A stretch of 64,000 bases of DNA from Chloroflexota bacterium (GCA_002723415.1 PBOA01000008.1:5607-69606), one strand, 5' to 3'; counted from the first letter of the stretch, positions 1-9,583 are shown. Notes: a model not told the origin generated them from the letters alone. Numbers and translations: made by a program.

Positions 1-22
1 TTTTCTAGTTATGAAAATGTAT

Positions 23-64
23 AAAAAAGATTAGGCGGTGATTAATAATCGCCTAATCTTTTTT
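23..64. terminator. Bidirectional rho-independent terminator hairpin
   Basis: Perfect 10-bp inverted repeat AGATTAGGCG (28-37) / CGCCTAATCT (50-59) with a 12-nt loop. It is flanked by an A-run (23-27) and a T-run (60-64), so it reads as hairpin plus U-tract on both strands. It lies just downstream of the stop of the minus-strand ORF ending at 92. Confidence 0.6.
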
Positions 65-91
65 ATACTAATATTTATTAAATATTATATT

Positions 92-769
92 TTACCTTAA
101 TCTATATATACCCATTCCAACTGACCAAGCAACAGTACCTCCGAAGCAGAAACCAGTTATTAGTTGAGAAATTTCAGCATTAATTGGATAAATAATTAAA
201 CTTGCAATTATTGCGACTACTCCAATTAAAATAGCTAAATATGTTAACCATTCATGGCTATAATGATTATGAAATAGAGCAAGCCCTATTAATATCATAC
301 CAGCTCCAAATGATACTGAACCTAGAACTGTAATTGCAACATTAGCACTATGTGCAACTCCACCAGCCATTACTAATTGTTGATCCATTGCTGTTCCAGT
401 AAGTTTTGCACCATATTCTATTTCTGTTAGAACTAAAGCTTGGCCAATAATAGCCCATGATATTACTGCAAAGCAAATTAATAAAAATCCTGGGCTTGCC
501 CATACTTTACCAGGTGTATCTTGTAATGCAGAATTTATTCCTGCAACACCTACAACCCATCCAAGAAGACCTATTGTTACTAATAAAGCACCCATAGTGG
601 CTTCGTCCTGGTTGCTTCCTAAAGATTGTAGCCATGTAGCAGCATCATCTGGGTTTAAACCTAAAGTTTGTTGCAACATGAAACCAGTTATAGCTATTAT
701 GGATCCAAGTATAAGTGCAATACCTGTGACGCTAGGTATTTTACTATGCATTTCATTGTCTTGAGACAT
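92..769 (-). CDS. Hypothetical polytopic membrane protein
   Basis: The ORF is almost entirely hydrophobic helices with no recognisable catalytic motif. Start moved to the internal ATG (MSQDNEMH...) because AAGGAG lies 6 nt upstream of it. Confidence 0.5.
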   Translation of the reverse strand: MSQDNEMHSKIPSVTGIALILGSIIAITGFMLQQTLGLNPDDAATWLQSLGSNQDEATMGALLVTIGLLGWVVGVAGINSALQDTPGKVWASPGFLLICFAVISWAIIGQALVLTEIEYGAKLTGTAMDQQLVMAGGVAHSANVAITVLGSVSFGAGMILIGLALFHNHYSHEWLTYLAILIGVVAIIASLIIYPINAEISQLITGFCFGGTVAWSVGMGIYRLR

Positions 770-959
770 TAGAAACTCCTTAATTTCTGTTTTTAATAGC
801 ATTAATATAAATCTAGTTATTTAATGATAATAGTAGTTTTAGGTATATTTTTTGCTTTATTTTATTAAATCTTTGGATATTTAGTTGATATAAATAAATT
901 TTTATAGTTTTAAGTTTCAATTTTTTTAAAAATATGTTAAATGTATTGTAAGGTAAATT

Positions 960-2009
960 ATGAATTTTGAATCAAATAAAGGCAAGATTTTAACAGTTAA
1001 TGGATTAATAGATCCTGAAGATTTAGGGTTTACTCTCCCGCATGAACATTTTTACGTGGATTTAAGAAAAAATCATCCATTGCCTAATGATTTTACTAAA
1101 GAAGAATTAGATTACTGTAATGCTAAATTAGATTTGTCTAATTTAGCTTATGCAAGAGCAGGGTACCCATTGCAAGATAATTATGTTTTGAGTCCAAAAG
1201 AAGAAGATTTAATTATCCAAGAAGTATTCGAATTTAAGAAAAGGGGAGGTAAGTCTTTAGTAGATCCAACTAGTATTGGATTAGGAAGAAATCCATTGGC
1301 AATTAAAAAGATATCAGATCTTACAGGCTTAAATATTGTATTAGGTTGCAGTTGGTATCAAAAAGTATTCCATCCTGAAAATCTTGATCAAAAAAACATA
1401 GAAGAGTTAACAGATCAGATATTAAACGAAATTAATTGTGGTATAGATAATACAGGTATAAAACCAGGTATAATTGGCGAAATTGGAGTAAATGCAAAAC
1501 CATTGATAGAAAATGAAATAAAAGTTATCAAAGCTTCTGCTATTGCTAGTAAGGTTTCGGGTTTATCTATGTTATTCCATGGCCCTCCATATGAAGAACA
1601 TAATACAGTTTTAGACATGGTGGAGGATCAAGGAGTTGATCCTAGTAGGGTTATATTCGGTCATTGTGATCGTTTGGCTGAAGATATCCCAAAGCTTATT
1701 TCAACTTTAAATAGAGGTGTATACGTTGAATTTGATTGTTTAGGGAATGATGGTTCTGCAAAGCCTTGGGATATGGCTACTATCATAGTTGCTAAAGCTA
1801 TTCCTGAATTGATAGATGCTGGTTATGTGAATAGAATTTTGATCTCTCAAGATATTTGTAAGAAAGTCCATTTGAAAAAGTTTGGTGGAACAGGGTATTC
1901 TTTTATTTTAGAAGAATTTATTCCATTTTTACAGAACATTGGAATAAGTAATTCTGATATAATCCAAATTACAGAAAATAATCCAAAGGATTTATTAACT
2001 ATTATTTAA
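960..2009 (+). CDS. Phosphotriesterase-family (PTE/Php) amidohydrolase-superfamily hydrolase, probably a lactonase
   Basis: N-terminal LPHEHF (H-x-H metal motif in the position typical of PTE homology proteins). Length is about 350 aa, with a TIM-barrel-like pattern including later His/Asp (MLFHGPP, FGHCD, SQD). Confidence 0.75.
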   Translation: MNFESNKGKILTVNGLIDPEDLGFTLPHEHFYVDLRKNHPLPNDFTKEELDYCNAKLDLSNLAYARAGYPLQDNYVLSPKEEDLIIQEVFEFKKRGGKSLVDPTSIGLGRNPLAIKKISDLTGLNIVLGCSWYQKVFHPENLDQKNIEELTDQILNEINCGIDNTGIKPGIIGEIGVNAKPLIENEIKVIKASAIASKVSGLSMLFHGPPYEEHNTVLDMVEDQGVDPSRVIFGHCDRLAEDIPKLISTLNRGVYVEFDCLGNDGSAKPWDMATIIVAKAIPELIDAGYVNRILISQDICKKVHLKKFGGTGYSFILEEFIPFLQNIGISNSDIIQITENNPKDLLTII

Positions 2010-2033
2010 TTTTGAATAGTAAAGGTATATGAA

Positions 2034-2792
2034 TTGGGCGAAGTAGACATAGATTTTAAATCATCCGTACCAGTATTTGATTGTAATGTATCTTTAGGTA
2101 GGGTACATACGAGACGTCTAGTTGTTGATTCTGCAGAAGGCACAATATCAGCTATGGATCATGTAGGGGTTGGACATGCATTAATACATAATCCTTATGG
2201 AGTAAACTATGATCCTGTTCATGGGAATAATAAGTTGATGGAATCAATCAATGGGATTCCCAGATTTATACCACAATTTACTTGCAATCCAGCAACATTT
2301 GATTTGGATTCATTTTCAAAGAATGTTGAAATTAATAATATTAAAGCTATAAGAATGGAACCACATAAGCAAAATTTCCCTTTTGTGAATTGGATTGTTG
2401 GTGAGTGTATGGAGTGGATTGTTAATAAACAATTAACACTTTTTATTCCAGTTACTGAGTTTAATCCAGAAGAATTTTATAATACCATTAAAATGTATCC
2501 TAATAGTAAAGTAGTACTTTGCGACCTTCATTATTCTCATGTGCCATGGGCTTTGCCTTTACTTAAAGCTTTGCCTAATTTATATGTGGAGGTATCAAAA
2601 TTTTCAATTTCTGATAGTTTATTAAGGTTACTTGAAATAGTTGGAGCAAGCCGAATTTTGTATGGTTCTAAGTTCCCTTATCAGCCAATGGGTCCGCAAT
2701 TATATAGTTTACACCGCTGGGGAATCTCTGAATCTACACTAAAAGCTATTTGTTCAGGAAATTTAGAAGCAATTTTAGGTATAAATATATGA
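2034..2792 (+). CDS. Amidohydrolase-2 (ACMSD/LigI-like TIM barrel) family protein with a degenerate metal-ligand set
   Basis: TTG start. It aligns along its length with the next ORF (ILYGSKFPY vs ILYGSDLPL), but H-x-H is replaced by FDCNVS and the C-terminal Asp by Lys. Confidence 0.6.
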   Translation: MGEVDIDFKSSVPVFDCNVSLGRVHTRRLVVDSAEGTISAMDHVGVGHALIHNPYGVNYDPVHGNNKLMESINGIPRFIPQFTCNPATFDLDSFSKNVEINNIKAIRMEPHKQNFPFVNWIVGECMEWIVNKQLTLFIPVTEFNPEEFYNTIKMYPNSKVVLCDLHYSHVPWALPLLKALPNLYVEVSKFSISDSLLRLLEIVGASRILYGSKFPYQPMGPQLYSLHRWGISESTLKAICSGNLEAILGINI

Positions 2793-3583
2793 ATATTATA
2801 AATACTTTAGTAATAGATTTTCATTCTCATGTTGGAAGAATGGGTAATTACAACATAATTGATGATATGGATTGGTATGTGAAAAATCTTGATGCAGCTG
2901 GAGTAGATAAATCTTTTGTAAGTTATATTTTTGATGGAAAAGCTTCTAATTGTAATGATATCGTATATGAGTTTGTTCAAAAGAATCCAAAAAGGTTTGG
3001 TGGCTTTGCACATGTAACGCCTCATTATATGGACGAGGCAATTCCAGAATTAGATAGAGCATTTAATAAGTTAGAAATGAAGGCTTTAAAAATCTACCCA
3101 CCATTTTATCCTAGGCCTGTTAATCATGAATCTTGGTATCCGATTTTTGAATGGTGTAACGCTAACAAAATACCTGTTAAGAGTCATACTCAATATGGTC
3201 CTGGAGAATTTAAAAATGACGATAGTGGAAGGCCGATCTTATTTTTAGATTTAGCTCAAAAATTTCCTAATATTAATTGGATTTTAGCTCATTCTGGAAA
3301 CATGGAAGAAGGGCGAATTGAATCAGTTCAAGCAGCAAAAGAGTGTTCTAATATTTATTTAGAAACGTGTAGTTCCTATGGCGACCATGGAACTATAGAA
3401 TATTTTGTTGATGAATTAGGGGATGATAGAATCTTATATGGCTCAGATCTTCCATTAATTGACGCTCGATTTGGAGTTGGAAGGATTGTTACAGCAAAAA
3501 TCAGTGAAGATTCTAAACGTAAAATATTGGGATTAAATGCGTTAAAGGTTTTAAATATAAATGAGTCTGAAATTAGTATTTGA
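2789..3583 (+). CDS. Amidohydrolase-2 family metal-dependent hydrolase
   Basis: VIDFHSHVG (H-x-H), KSHT, LAHSG and YGSDLP give a complete ligand set. Start set at ATG 2789, which overlaps the upstream stop as ATGA; the track start 2750 lies inside the upstream gene. Confidence 0.7.
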   Translation: MNIINTLVIDFHSHVGRMGNYNIIDDMDWYVKNLDAAGVDKSFVSYIFDGKASNCNDIVYEFVQKNPKRFGGFAHVTPHYMDEAIPELDRAFNKLEMKALKIYPPFYPRPVNHESWYPIFEWCNANKIPVKSHTQYGPGEFKNDDSGRPILFLDLAQKFPNINWILAHSGNMEEGRIESVQAAKECSNIYLETCSSYGDHGTIEYFVDELGDDRILYGSDLPLIDARFGVGRIVTAKISEDSKRKILGLNALKVLNINESEISI

Positions 3584-3612
3584 CCAATATTATTTGTTAA
3601 GAAACAATTGAA

Positions 3613-4824
3613 TTGATTTTTAATTCTTTAAATATTTTATCTGATAATAGGATATATACTAAAAAACTATTTTTTTCGGTATTAGTTCCGAGTCTTTTAG
3701 TTCAATTTGGAGTAGGTATGTTATTACCTATTGAACCTATTTTTATATCTAATTTAGATGTAGGGATTGCTTTAATAGGCCTAGGCCTTTCAGGAATACT
3801 TATAGGAAACACTATATTTGATATTCCATCAGGTATTTTAATTAAAAAAATTGGACATGACAAAACTTTGTTGTTGAGTGTGTTCGTGGTATCGATTAGC
3901 TCGATAATTACAGCGTTTGTTTCTAGTTTCTTATTTTTTTTTATTTTGCGTATTATTACTGGATGTGCATTGAGTATGTGGGATTTATCTAGAATGTCTT
4001 ATATCTCAGATACTATACCGAATAATCAAAGAGGTAAAGCTTTAGCAAGTTTAGGAGGTGTCCATAGGATTGGGTTATTTATAGGTCCAGTTATTGGTGG
4101 ACTTATTGGAGAATATTTTTCTATAGAATATGTGTTTGTTATTCAAGGTGTTCTGGTAGGGTTAATATTATTTTTCATTCTACCTAATTTAAGCAGTATA
4201 AATCATAAAGGAATTCAGGTTAGTAATAATTCTAAATCAATAAATATTTTGGTAAAGGAAAATAAATATATAATTGCTAGAGGTTCAATAGCAATTATGT
4301 CCTTACAGATGGTTCGAAAAGCTAAGGAATTATTATTGCCTCTTTGGGGGTTGTATTTAGGTTTAGATATAGACGAAATTGGATATGTAATAGGTGCTTC
4401 TTCAGCTTTAGATATGATTTTATTTTTACCAGTTGGATATATAATGGATAAACGTGGAAGAAAATGGATGTCAATTCCCACATGTTTCATTTTAGCTTTA
4501 GGTCTTTTTTTGATTCCGCTTACAGGTAATATATGGAGTTTTATTGTAGTGTCAATTTTGATTGGATTTGGAAATGGACTTGGAAGTGGAGCAATGATGG
4601 TATTAGGTTCTGATCTTGCACCTTCAGGCTATTCAGGGGAATTTTTAGGGATATGGAAATTGATTGGCGATGCTAGTGCTTCAAGTGCACCTATATTAAT
4701 TGGACAAATTGCTAATATATTAACATTAGGTACTTCATCTGTATTTATGGGTATAATTGGAGTAGTAGGTGGATTCGGAATGTATTTATTTGTTCCAGAA
4801 ACCTTGAAAAAGGATAAAAATTAG
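3613..4824 (+). CDS. MFS transporter
   Basis: About 12 predicted TM helices, an MFS-like loop motif (GILIKKIGHDK; DKRGRK) and 403 aa. TTG start from the track; start uncertain. Confidence 0.75.
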   Translation: MIFNSLNILSDNRIYTKKLFFSVLVPSLLVQFGVGMLLPIEPIFISNLDVGIALIGLGLSGILIGNTIFDIPSGILIKKIGHDKTLLLSVFVVSISSIITAFVSSFLFFFILRIITGCALSMWDLSRMSYISDTIPNNQRGKALASLGGVHRIGLFIGPVIGGLIGEYFSIEYVFVIQGVLVGLILFFILPNLSSINHKGIQVSNNSKSINILVKENKYIIARGSIAIMSLQMVRKAKELLLPLWGLYLGLDIDEIGYVIGASSALDMILFLPVGYIMDKRGRKWMSIPTCFILALGLFLIPLTGNIWSFIVVSILIGFGNGLGSGAMMVLGSDLAPSGYSGEFLGIWKLIGDASASSAPILIGQIANILTLGTSSVFMGIIGVVGGFGMYLFVPETLKKDKN

Positions 4825-4866
4825 CTAATGATTTAATTTAAAATAATTTTTAGGAATCAGATATTT

Positions 4867-6057
4867 TTATATATTCTTTATTTTAGTGTGATCCCAATTT
4901 CGAATTAATTTTTCTGGTATATCTATTCCAAACCCTGGTGCATTAGATGGAATAATATAGCCATCTTTAGGGGTCGCCATACCTGGTATAGGACATATTT
5001 CATTTAAAGGGATCCCTGGATCAGAGCCCATCCAATATTCTGCAATTAAAGATTCTGGCATAGAAAATGCGAAATGTTGTCCCCATGGTGTTCCTGCACC
5101 CATATGAGGTATAGTACTGATACCAGCAGATTCAGCTATATGATATATTTTAATTACTTCACTCAATCCACCTGCCCATTGTATATCAGGTTGAACAATA
5201 TCGACTACACGGTTTTTAATTAATTGATAGAAAGCTTGTCTTCCATGATGGTGCTCTCCGCTTGCTAGTGGTATCCAAGTTATAGCATTTTTTAAATATG
5301 ATAAACCATCTATATCTGTGGGTACTAAAGGTTCTTCAAGCCATCTTAGATTATAAGGCCGTAATTTTTCAGCTATTCTAAGAGCATATTCACTATTAAA
5401 TGACATAACTGGGTTATACATTAATTCTACATTGTGACCTACTATGTCTCTTGATTTAGATATATGTTCTTCTGCTAAATTTAGTCCTTCTTGGTCCATG
5501 CTGTAATGTACTGGATTGCTAACTTTAAAAGCTTTGAATCCTAACGTTTTTGCCCAATCTAAATCATCAGATGTAGCATATAGTTTAATTTTATCTCTAC
5601 ATGGGCCTCCTATTAGACTATATACAGGTACATCCAGTAATTTACCTTTTAGATCCCAAAGGGCAAGATCAATACCTGACATAGCTATGCTTGAGATTCC
5701 AGATGAACCAAAAAATTGAGATGCTCTCCACATAAGATCATTAAGATATTCTATAGCAAAAACGTCTTTATGCTTTAATAAAGGGGCATAAAAATAATCA
5801 ATTAGCCATGCCACGGGGCCTCCAAAATTACATGCACCTAATCCATATGTCCCATCTTCTGCAATCGCTTGAACCCACAATAAATTTTCTAGGTTTGTAC
5901 CAGGCACATTCCCAAAATGACTAGAAAATTCAGGGTAGAAATTTATAGGAAACGCTCTTTGCGTTCCACTTTTAATTGCTGATTTTCTCCAGGGCTTTGA
6001 ATGAGGTATTTGTTTAGGTAAATCTAAGTTTACTACACGGATTTGTTTAATTTTCAT
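4867..6057 (-). CDS. Enolase-superfamily enzyme (mandelate racemase/muconate lactonizing family; acid-sugar dehydratase-like)
   Basis: 396 aa. It has a capping domain plus barrel pattern with conserved acidic metal-ligand contexts (LRWLEEP, ASGEHH, DIVQPD) typical of MR-subgroup dehydratases. Confidence 0.7.
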   Translation of the reverse strand: MKIKQIRVVNLDLPKQIPHSKPWRKSAIKSGTQRAFPINFYPEFSSHFGNVPGTNLENLLWVQAIAEDGTYGLGACNFGGPVAWLIDYFYAPLLKHKDVFAIEYLNDLMWRASQFFGSSGISSIAMSGIDLALWDLKGKLLDVPVYSLIGGPCRDKIKLYATSDDLDWAKTLGFKAFKVSNPVHYSMDQEGLNLAEEHISKSRDIVGHNVELMYNPVMSFNSEYALRIAEKLRPYNLRWLEEPLVPTDIDGLSYLKNAITWIPLASGEHHHGRQAFYQLIKNRVVDIVQPDIQWAGGLSEVIKIYHIAESAGISTIPHMGAGTPWGQHFAFSMPESLIAEYWMGSDPGIPLNEICPIPGMATPKDGYIIPSNAPGFGIDIPEKLIRNWDHTKIKNI

Positions 6058-6499
6058 TGTTAATACATTCTTCTAAATTTATTGGAAATTTGCCATTAAA
6101 TATATTTGTTTTTGGCCATTTATGTTTAGGTAGTTCATAATATACCTCTATCTCATTTTTTTCTGGATCATTGAAGTATACTCCAATTGATATGCCGTGA
6201 TCTCCGATACCAAGAATAGGTATTTTATTCTTTTTAAGCTTAGAGTACAATTGTTTTAAACTATCGAATGTATCCATTTGCCAGGCAAAATGGTATAAAC
6301 CTGTATCCGCTTTGTTTGGATAATTAGCATTTTTAGATATAGACATTAGTCCTAATTCATGGGATGAGTCATTTGAAGCACTCATAAATATCATTTTATT
6401 TTCAATTTTTTCAGTAACTTGAAGCCCTAAGACGTTTTTATAAAATTTTACCATTGTAGTTATGTCTTTAACCTTTATAACTAAATGTCCTAATTTCAT
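6047..6499 (-). CDS. VOC (glyoxalase/bleomycin-resistance/extradiol dioxygenase) family protein
   Basis: MKLGHLVIKVKD...FYKNVLG N-terminus and a second beta-alpha-beta-beta-beta unit with HFAW...GDHG. It overlaps the downstream enolase-family gene by 11 nt. Confidence 0.65.
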   Translation of the reverse strand: MKLGHLVIKVKDITTMVKFYKNVLGLQVTEKIENKMIFMSASNDSSHELGLMSISKNANYPNKADTGLYHFAWQMDTFDSLKQLYSKLKKNKIPILGIGDHGISIGVYFNDPEKNEIEVYYELPKHKWPKTNIFNGKFPINLEECINNEN

Positions 6500-6531
6500 T
6501 GGTAATCTCCCATAGGTAAGTAGAAGTTATT

Positions 6532-7224
6532 TCATGACCCTATCATAATAAAAATGAGTAATATTTTCATTATAGGGTAAATTATAATAGGTAATATACT
6601 AAATTTTGGTATGACAAATGGTATAAATACTAATGATAACAATATTAAAGGGCCATATTTCTCTAATTTTGAAAAATCATAGGCAAGTTTTCTTGGCAGA
6701 ATTCCAATTGCTATTTTAAATCCGTCTAAAGGAGCTATAGGGAGAAGGTTGAAAGTTGCAAGTAATAGGTTTAGAAATATTGTTAGTCCAATAATATGTC
6801 CTATTGAAAAGGATGAGTTTATATAATTTAAATCTATTGATGATATATCTACAAATCCTAAGCGTATTGGAATGGTAGATATAAATGCTATAAATATGTT
6901 GGATCCTGGTCCAGCCAAGCTTACTAAACCCAAACCTGTTTTTGGATTTGGGGATAGATTTATAGGGTTTACAGGCACAGGCTTACCCCACCCGAAACCT
7001 GCGAAAAACAACATCATTGTACCCATTGGGTCAAGGTGTTTTGATGGATTTAATGTCAGTCGGCCTAAATTTTTTGAAGTTTTATCTCCTAATTTATTTG
7101 CAATATATGAATGACTAAATTCATGAAATGTTATTGTAATTAGTAAGATAGAACAAAATATCAATATATATATAATGGTATTTATAGGGTTATTAATTAG
7201 TTCGTCAAATAGCTGGATTATCAT
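6532..7224 (-). CDS. Site-2 protease family (peptidase M50) membrane metalloprotease
   Basis: HEFSHSY (HExxH) in the first TM region and NLLPIAPLDG (NxxPxxxLDG) in a later TM. Polytopic. Confidence 0.8.
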   Translation of the reverse strand: MIIQLFDELINNPINTIIYILIFCSILLITITFHEFSHSYIANKLGDKTSKNLGRLTLNPSKHLDPMGTMMLFFAGFGWGKPVPVNPINLSPNPKTGLGLVSLAGPGSNIFIAFISTIPIRLGFVDISSIDLNYINSSFSIGHIIGLTIFLNLLLATFNLLPIAPLDGFKIAIGILPRKLAYDFSKLEKYGPLILLSLVFIPFVIPKFSILPIIIYPIMKILLIFIMIGS

Positions 7225-7286
7225 ATAATTATTCTTTTTTTGTGATATGTATTATAATTCTACCAGATTAATCATTAGGACAAAAA

Positions 7287-8147
7287 ATGCAAGACATAGA
7301 TTTAATTATTAAGGATGTTCCAGCTGTTGTTGGTGTTGCGGCTAGGCATATTCAATCAGGAAAAAGTTTTTTTAATAAAGCTGATGAAGTGTTTTTTACT
7401 GCTAGTACACTTAAGATTCCTGTTATATTTGAGCTTTATCGTCAAGTAGATAAAGGGATTGTTAATCCTATGCAAAGAATTATTGTTGAAGATTATGATA
7501 AATCTCCTGGAAGTGGAGTGTTGAAAGACTTAACTGAAGGTATTAATCCTACAATATATGATCTTGCAACCCTTATGATTATTATTAGCGACAATACAGC
7601 AACGGATATAATTTATAAAATTATAGGTAAAGATAATATTCATAGCACATTATTAAATTTAAATTTAAAAAATACTTTTATTCCTATGACTTGCAAAGAA
7701 CTTTTATATAGCATGTATGGTGTAAATACTAATAATATTTATGAAGGTATAGAAATAGTTAAAGATAGATTAGATAAAGGAGAGATAGTTTTATCTTCAG
7801 ATGCTTTAGCTGAAGATAAGTCTGATGTTTCTTCCCCTAATGACATGATAAAACTTATGGAGATTATATACGAGAAAAAAATACTGACAGAAAAATCATC
7901 AAATATAATATTAGATATTATGTATCGTCAACAATCAAAAACGATTATTCCTTATTTTTTAGCTCCTGATATAAAAACGTTTCATAAAACAGGTGGCGTG
8001 ACAAGTGTAAGATGTGATGTAGGGATAGTTAATGGTAAGTCAGGACCATATTCAATTGCTATAATGGCTAAAGATGTTCAAGATCATAAGAATATAGATT
8101 TATATTTAGCTAAAATATCTGAGGCTTTATATAATTTTTTTAATTGA
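7287..8147 (+). CDS. Class A beta-lactamase-related serine hydrolase (no signal peptide)
   Basis: S-x-x-K (ASTLK), S-D-N (ISDNTA) and K-T-G (HKTGG) motifs occur in the canonical order and spacing. The N-terminus MQDIDLIIKDVPAVVG is not signal-like. Confidence 0.7.
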   Translation: MQDIDLIIKDVPAVVGVAARHIQSGKSFFNKADEVFFTASTLKIPVIFELYRQVDKGIVNPMQRIIVEDYDKSPGSGVLKDLTEGINPTIYDLATLMIIISDNTATDIIYKIIGKDNIHSTLLNLNLKNTFIPMTCKELLYSMYGVNTNNIYEGIEIVKDRLDKGEIVLSSDALAEDKSDVSSPNDMIKLMEIIYEKKILTEKSSNIILDIMYRQQSKTIIPYFLAPDIKTFHKTGGVTSVRCDVGIVNGKSGPYSIAIMAKDVQDHKNIDLYLAKISEALYNFFN

Positions 8148-8208
8148 AGTCATTATAGTATAATAAGGAAATATCTAGCAATCTGTTCATTTTATTGGAG
8201 AATTTTAT

Positions 8209-8907
8209 ATGAAAAAGAGATTTATATTATTCCCTTTTATATTTTTTATTATTGGAGGATTGTTTTTTGGAGGACTTATATTTGCTCAAGGACAACCTAA
8301 TAGCTCAGAAAGTAAGATTTACGGTGATTTTATAACTAAAGTATCTACTATCTTAGGTCTAGAAGAGAAAATTGTTATTAATGCTTTTAATGATGCTCTT
8401 ATACAAATTCACGATGAGAAAAATATACAAATAGAATTAGAACTTCAAAACAAAATAGATTCAGGATTTATTACTAAAGAAGAGGCTAATCAATGGCGTA
8501 CTAAGTTCTTGAAAAAGAAAACTCCAACTTTTGATGAATTTTTCAGAATGAAAAAGGATAAAAGCAAGATTGATAAACCTTATATGAATGGGTTTATTCA
8601 TCATGATAAAGGTAAATATCCGATAAGAAAAATGGATATAGAAAAAGTTAAAGAGAAAATAAATAAAGCTGTTGAGTCAGGTGAAATTACACAAGAAGAA
8701 GCAGATATTAAAATAAATAGTTTAAAAGTTGGCAAGCCATATATGAATGCCCCTCGTTCGTATAAAGAAAAAGACCTAAAGAAAGAATTTGATATATCAG
8801 TTATTACAAAAAGAATGGACCAAGCTATTAAGGCAGGTATTCTTAGTCAAGAAGATGCAAATACTAGGTTAGAGGCTTTTAAAAAATATAAAAAGAAATC
8901 TCGTTAA
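8209..8907 (+). CDS. Secreted Lys/Glu-rich repeat protein, function unknown
   Basis: N-terminal signal/anchor (MKKRFILFPFIFFIIGGLFFGGLIFAQG). Three helical repeats G-[FEI]-[IL]-[TS]-x-E-[ED]-A and two KPYMN[GA] motifs. Confidence 0.5.
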   Translation: MKKRFILFPFIFFIIGGLFFGGLIFAQGQPNSSESKIYGDFITKVSTILGLEEKIVINAFNDALIQIHDEKNIQIELELQNKIDSGFITKEEANQWRTKFLKKKTPTFDEFFRMKKDKSKIDKPYMNGFIHHDKGKYPIRKMDIEKVKEKINKAVESGEITQEEADIKINSLKVGKPYMNAPRSYKEKDLKKEFDISVITKRMDQAIKAGILSQEDANTRLEAFKKYKKKSR

Positions 8908-9515
8908 TTAATATTATTTGACTTAATTAATTTTACCAAAATGTATACAAAAGGAGTATCTGCAAAGGCTAAGCTTATTTTAATCAAATAAGTTATCCAA
9001 ATCATATTCCACATTTCATCTATTGAATATACGCCTGTAAACGCAATTGAAACAAATAAAAAAGTGTCAATACCTTGAGATACAATCGTAGAGGCGTTAT
9101 TCCTTAGCCATAAAAATTTTCCTTTAGTAAACTTTTTCCATATTTCAAAAGCAATCACATCGTGATTTTGGCTAACTAAATAGGCAATCATTGATGCTAA
9201 TACAATTCTAGGCACAGATCCAAGTATCTTATTATAAGCATCTTGCTCATTCCAAAAATTTGCTGAAGGCAGTTGCCCAGCAATAAATAGCATTGTAATC
9301 ATAATTAAATTTGCAAAAAATCCTATCCATATGATTTTTGTTGTTGTTTTTCTTCCGTAGACTTCAGATAGGACATCTGATAAAAGAAAAGTTAGGGGGT
9401 ATGCAATTATACCTGCATCTATACCTTCTGATCCAATAGCTATAATTTTAACAGCAGTAATATTTGCAGTTAAAAGTAAAGTAGTGAATATTATTGAAAG
9501 TGTTATTAAGTACAT
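8904..9515 (-). CDS. VUT/YhhQ (DUF165) family queuosine-precursor transporter
   Basis: AYPLTFLLSDVLSEVYG and LWLRNNASTIVSQGIDTFLF match remembered YhhQ-family signatures. Six TM helices. Convergent 4-nt overlap with the previous gene. Confidence 0.7.
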   Translation of the reverse strand: MYLITLSIIFTTLLLTANITAVKIIAIGSEGIDAGIIAYPLTFLLSDVLSEVYGRKTTTKIIWIGFFANLIMITMLFIAGQLPSANFWNEQDAYNKILGSVPRIVLASMIAYLVSQNHDVIAFEIWKKFTKGKFLWLRNNASTIVSQGIDTFLFVSIAFTGVYSIDEMWNMIWITYLIKISLAFADTPFVYILVKLIKSNNIN

Positions 9516-9583
9516 AATGAATAATAAAGGTTTTTCAGTTAATTTATTATATAATAAATTTCTAATACTTTATTGGAAAATTA

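Noticed and set aside
1-24. Possible 3' end of a plus-strand gene (frame 1 reads FSSYENV then TAA at 22-24)
   Set aside because: Only seven codons are visible, which is not enough to support a call. It is mentioned only because it would fit the bidirectional terminator at 23-64.
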